A stretch of 62,713 nt of DNA, filler included, from Perkinsus olseni (lineage: Eukaryota), in NCBI GenBank assembly GCA_013115125.1. It is 6 parts of 6 records of this genome, joined end to end, with 100 filler letters (N's around TTAATTAATTAA, not from the genome) between each part and the next. Parts side by side here need not be neighbours in the genome. Positions count along the whole stretch, not along the records: positions 59,754 to 62,713 come from JABANN010001470.1; 5 more parts are not named here. The stretch is one strand, 5' to 3'. The position numbers and the translations under genes are program-made. Shown piece after piece: positions 59,754-62,713 of the stretch; position 1 is the stretch's first letter; every line of letters starts with the position of its first letter. A model generated the notes under the pieces. It did no database searches and was not told the DNA's origin. It saw only the letters and a program-made list of their open reading frames with translations.

Positions 59754-62713
59754 TCCATATTATAATTTATATTTACTATTAAAATACACATGTTTATATT
59801 TATATATCTTATTGCTATTCCCAATATATATTTATTCTATTAATATTAATTACATATATATTTATTAGTATTGTGGCCTTGGGAATATATAAATATATAG
59901 AGGGTCTGTTAGTAATATAATATAGGTCTAATAATAGTATAAATACATATTATATTAATATTATAACATAACAATATACCTATAATTGCCTTGATATTAA
60001 AGTGGATATATATAATTTACCAATATTAAGATGAGATGAAATGTTTAGATTCCAATCATATAATGATTATATTAATTATAAAATGATAAAAGTATTAGAT
60101 AAACAAATGAATATCAATAATAATTTAAAGGTAAGAGAGAATCATATACGTGTAAATACTAATATACATAGTCATAAATATTAATACCTAATATAGACAT
60201 TATTATATATATAAATAGCTAGTATTAGTTAACATTAATTATTATATATTATATACCCATATAGCCCTCTTAATATCCTATAATACCAGATTAATATATT
60301 TTAAATTATACTATAAACCTTAGATAATATATAATAATAATATAGATATTGTATAAAGGTATTAAGATACATATTATAATAATATAGAGATAGTATATTT
60401 TATGTATTCATATCTGATCATAATGTATTTAATAGTACACTAATACCTTATATATTTATATAGTTTATGAATTATGGAGATATTATAATATTATTACTAA
60501 AGGTATAATAGTCTTATGGATAATTATTGTATACTCATATCTTACATTTAATTATAAATGAATATTATTATAATATAATATATGATATTAGGGCCTTCTA
60601 TATTATTTATATAGACATTATATACTAATATATACTTTATTTACCATGTAAACATATTATTATATTAGATAAGAATAGTCTATAATATATTATTAACCTT
60701 ATAATATTAATATATTTACCTTGATATGGGGCCAGTTAATACCACTAATTATAATAAATGCAGGATTAATATATAATACTCTATATGGGATATGAATACC
60801 TAATACTGGCCCTTAATATGTCTATATAGATTATTATGGTATTATATGCACCCTCTCTTTATAAATATATTAGTATATGAGGGTGCTTAGATTTATATAT
60901 ATACATACCCATATTATGATATAATGAATTATTTACCTTATGTTGGGTATAAAATAGTATATTATGATAATTCTATTAAACCAATAAATAATAGGTAATA
61001 AACATTATTTAATATAATATTATTTATATATATATATTATTATTAAGATTACTATAGATTATTATATTTAACACTTAATGTCTTTACTAAATTATTATAT
61101 ATGTATATTTAAATGTTAATAATAAAATATTGATATTCACTAGTAAAATATAGATATAAATAAAGTAAGAATATTTAATATGATATAAAATTAGAATAAA
61201 TATATTTATAGTGAATCTTAGATTCTGGAGATATAAACAATATGTAAATCTGTGGAGTTAAATATATATATAATAACCCTCTATATGGTATTTAGTAATA
61301 TATAAATACTAACTATAAGGCCCTATAGATATATAAATATAATAGTCTAAATTAACTATCTATTACTAATATCATTATAATATATTATATCTAATATAAT
61401 ATGGTATCTATGGCCCTATAGTGATATTATTCTAACCTAATAAATAGTAATATATAACTTTAATTATTGATATATCAATATAATATCTTTATCTATGTAA
61501 TATTTATTGATTATAATATCTAGACTCCATAGATAAAGAATGAACTAATAATTATATAATATCAAGACTCTATTTAGTATTTATTATTTATCTCTTTATT
61601 ATATTGGATATTATTAAACTATTTATATTAACTATGGCTAAAGAGATATATTGTAATATTATAATATCATGTACTAACTATACCTATAGGTATCTTTATA
61701 TATTATTAATTATAATATAACATAATATTATATTTAGGTATCAGTATTTATATACTATTTATAATCCTATATATCTAATATTAATAATATTTACTTGTTA
61801 CTATAGTCTCCATTTAATAATATATTATATTTATATAATACCATATGGATACTATTATTATATATATACACTTAATATTAATAAGGTAACTACAGATAAA
61901 TACTAATAATTTACATTATAAAATATTCTATAGTTTATTTACATATATATTTATAGACCCTATTATTATTTCTATTTATATTTATAATATCTATTATTAT
62001 TCTATCTATTTATTTACATATTATATGTATTTCTAGTAATATTCTTATTATATTATCATTGATATTACTATATTATTAATTTTATCATATAAATTTATAA
62101 TAGAGAATAATGATATTAATATATAATATAGCAGGTTTACTAATAGATATAATATATAAATCTATATAATGGAGTTTAAATAGTAATTATATTATCATTA
62201 TTATCTTAGATATTATATGTTATTGTTATTATATATACTAATATCAGTTTATTTTATATCTATATCTTTATTTTATATTTATATATAATTTATATTTATA
62301 TCATTATATTGGTATATTATATCATCCCATATCTATTTATATATTGTTATCTTATAGTAATAATGGATAATATATATATTTATAAGTATATCTAACTAAT
62401 ACCATACTATATTGATATACAATAGGATATATTAACTTATGATTAATAATATAATACTAGGTACTATTAAGTATATATAAATAATTATACTACCCTATCT
62501 ATATAATAATACTATAATTATATTTAAGGTAATCTAATAACCTATTATTGTATAATACTAAATATTGATATGATGGCCAAATACTATTAATATGATCCTA
62601 TTATTATATAATAATTTACTATAAAGTATCAATATGGCCCTATAATATTATACCATAACATATTATATATTAACTTAATAATATTAGTGATCAATACCAT
62701 ATAGTTATTCTTA
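59754..62713. other. Extremely AT-rich contig, probably mitochondrial DNA; no gene identified
   Basis: Overwhelmingly A/T, not tandemly repetitive, and no ORF of 60 aa or more in the track. G/C occurs mostly as GG/CC runs. Confidence 0.6.

Noticed and set aside
60700-60815. YLP / WGQ / IPNTG resembling cytochrome b
   Set aside because: Spacing and intervening residues do not match cob, and there are no flanking His motifs.

Overview
This window is not one locus. It is six unrelated contigs joined by artificial 100-nt linkers (N44-TTAATTAATTAA-N44) and apparently sorted by decreasing length: 1-11939, 12040-23949, 24050-35872, 35973-47772, 47873-59653 and 59754-62713. Short GT-AG introns, gene style and a very AT-rich last contig point to a eukaryotic protist, most likely a perkinsid alveolate such as Perkinsus (inference). 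The most interesting object is contig 1, an apparently intact Helitron-like rolling-circle element. It has a spliced Zn-finger/HUH Rep, a PIF1 helicase with a C-terminal GIY-YIG nuclease, an OTU-like protease, a hairpin+CTAG 3' end, and then an RPA70-like gene followed by a second hairpin. Contigs 2-3 carry host genes (BRF1, cathepsin B, DCP1, L-asparaginase, SLX9-like, FAH family, tRNA-Val). Contig 4 carries a five-member paralogous secreted-protein family with a shared upstream motif and recurrent TGA/CGA differences, plus tRNA-Gln and long perfect palindromes. Contig 5 has a CBA1/BtuF-like membrane-anchored binding protein and a decayed hAT transposon. Contig 6 looks like mitochondrial DNA, but I could not recognise a gene in it. 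All calls are from motif recognition by eye; no searches were run.
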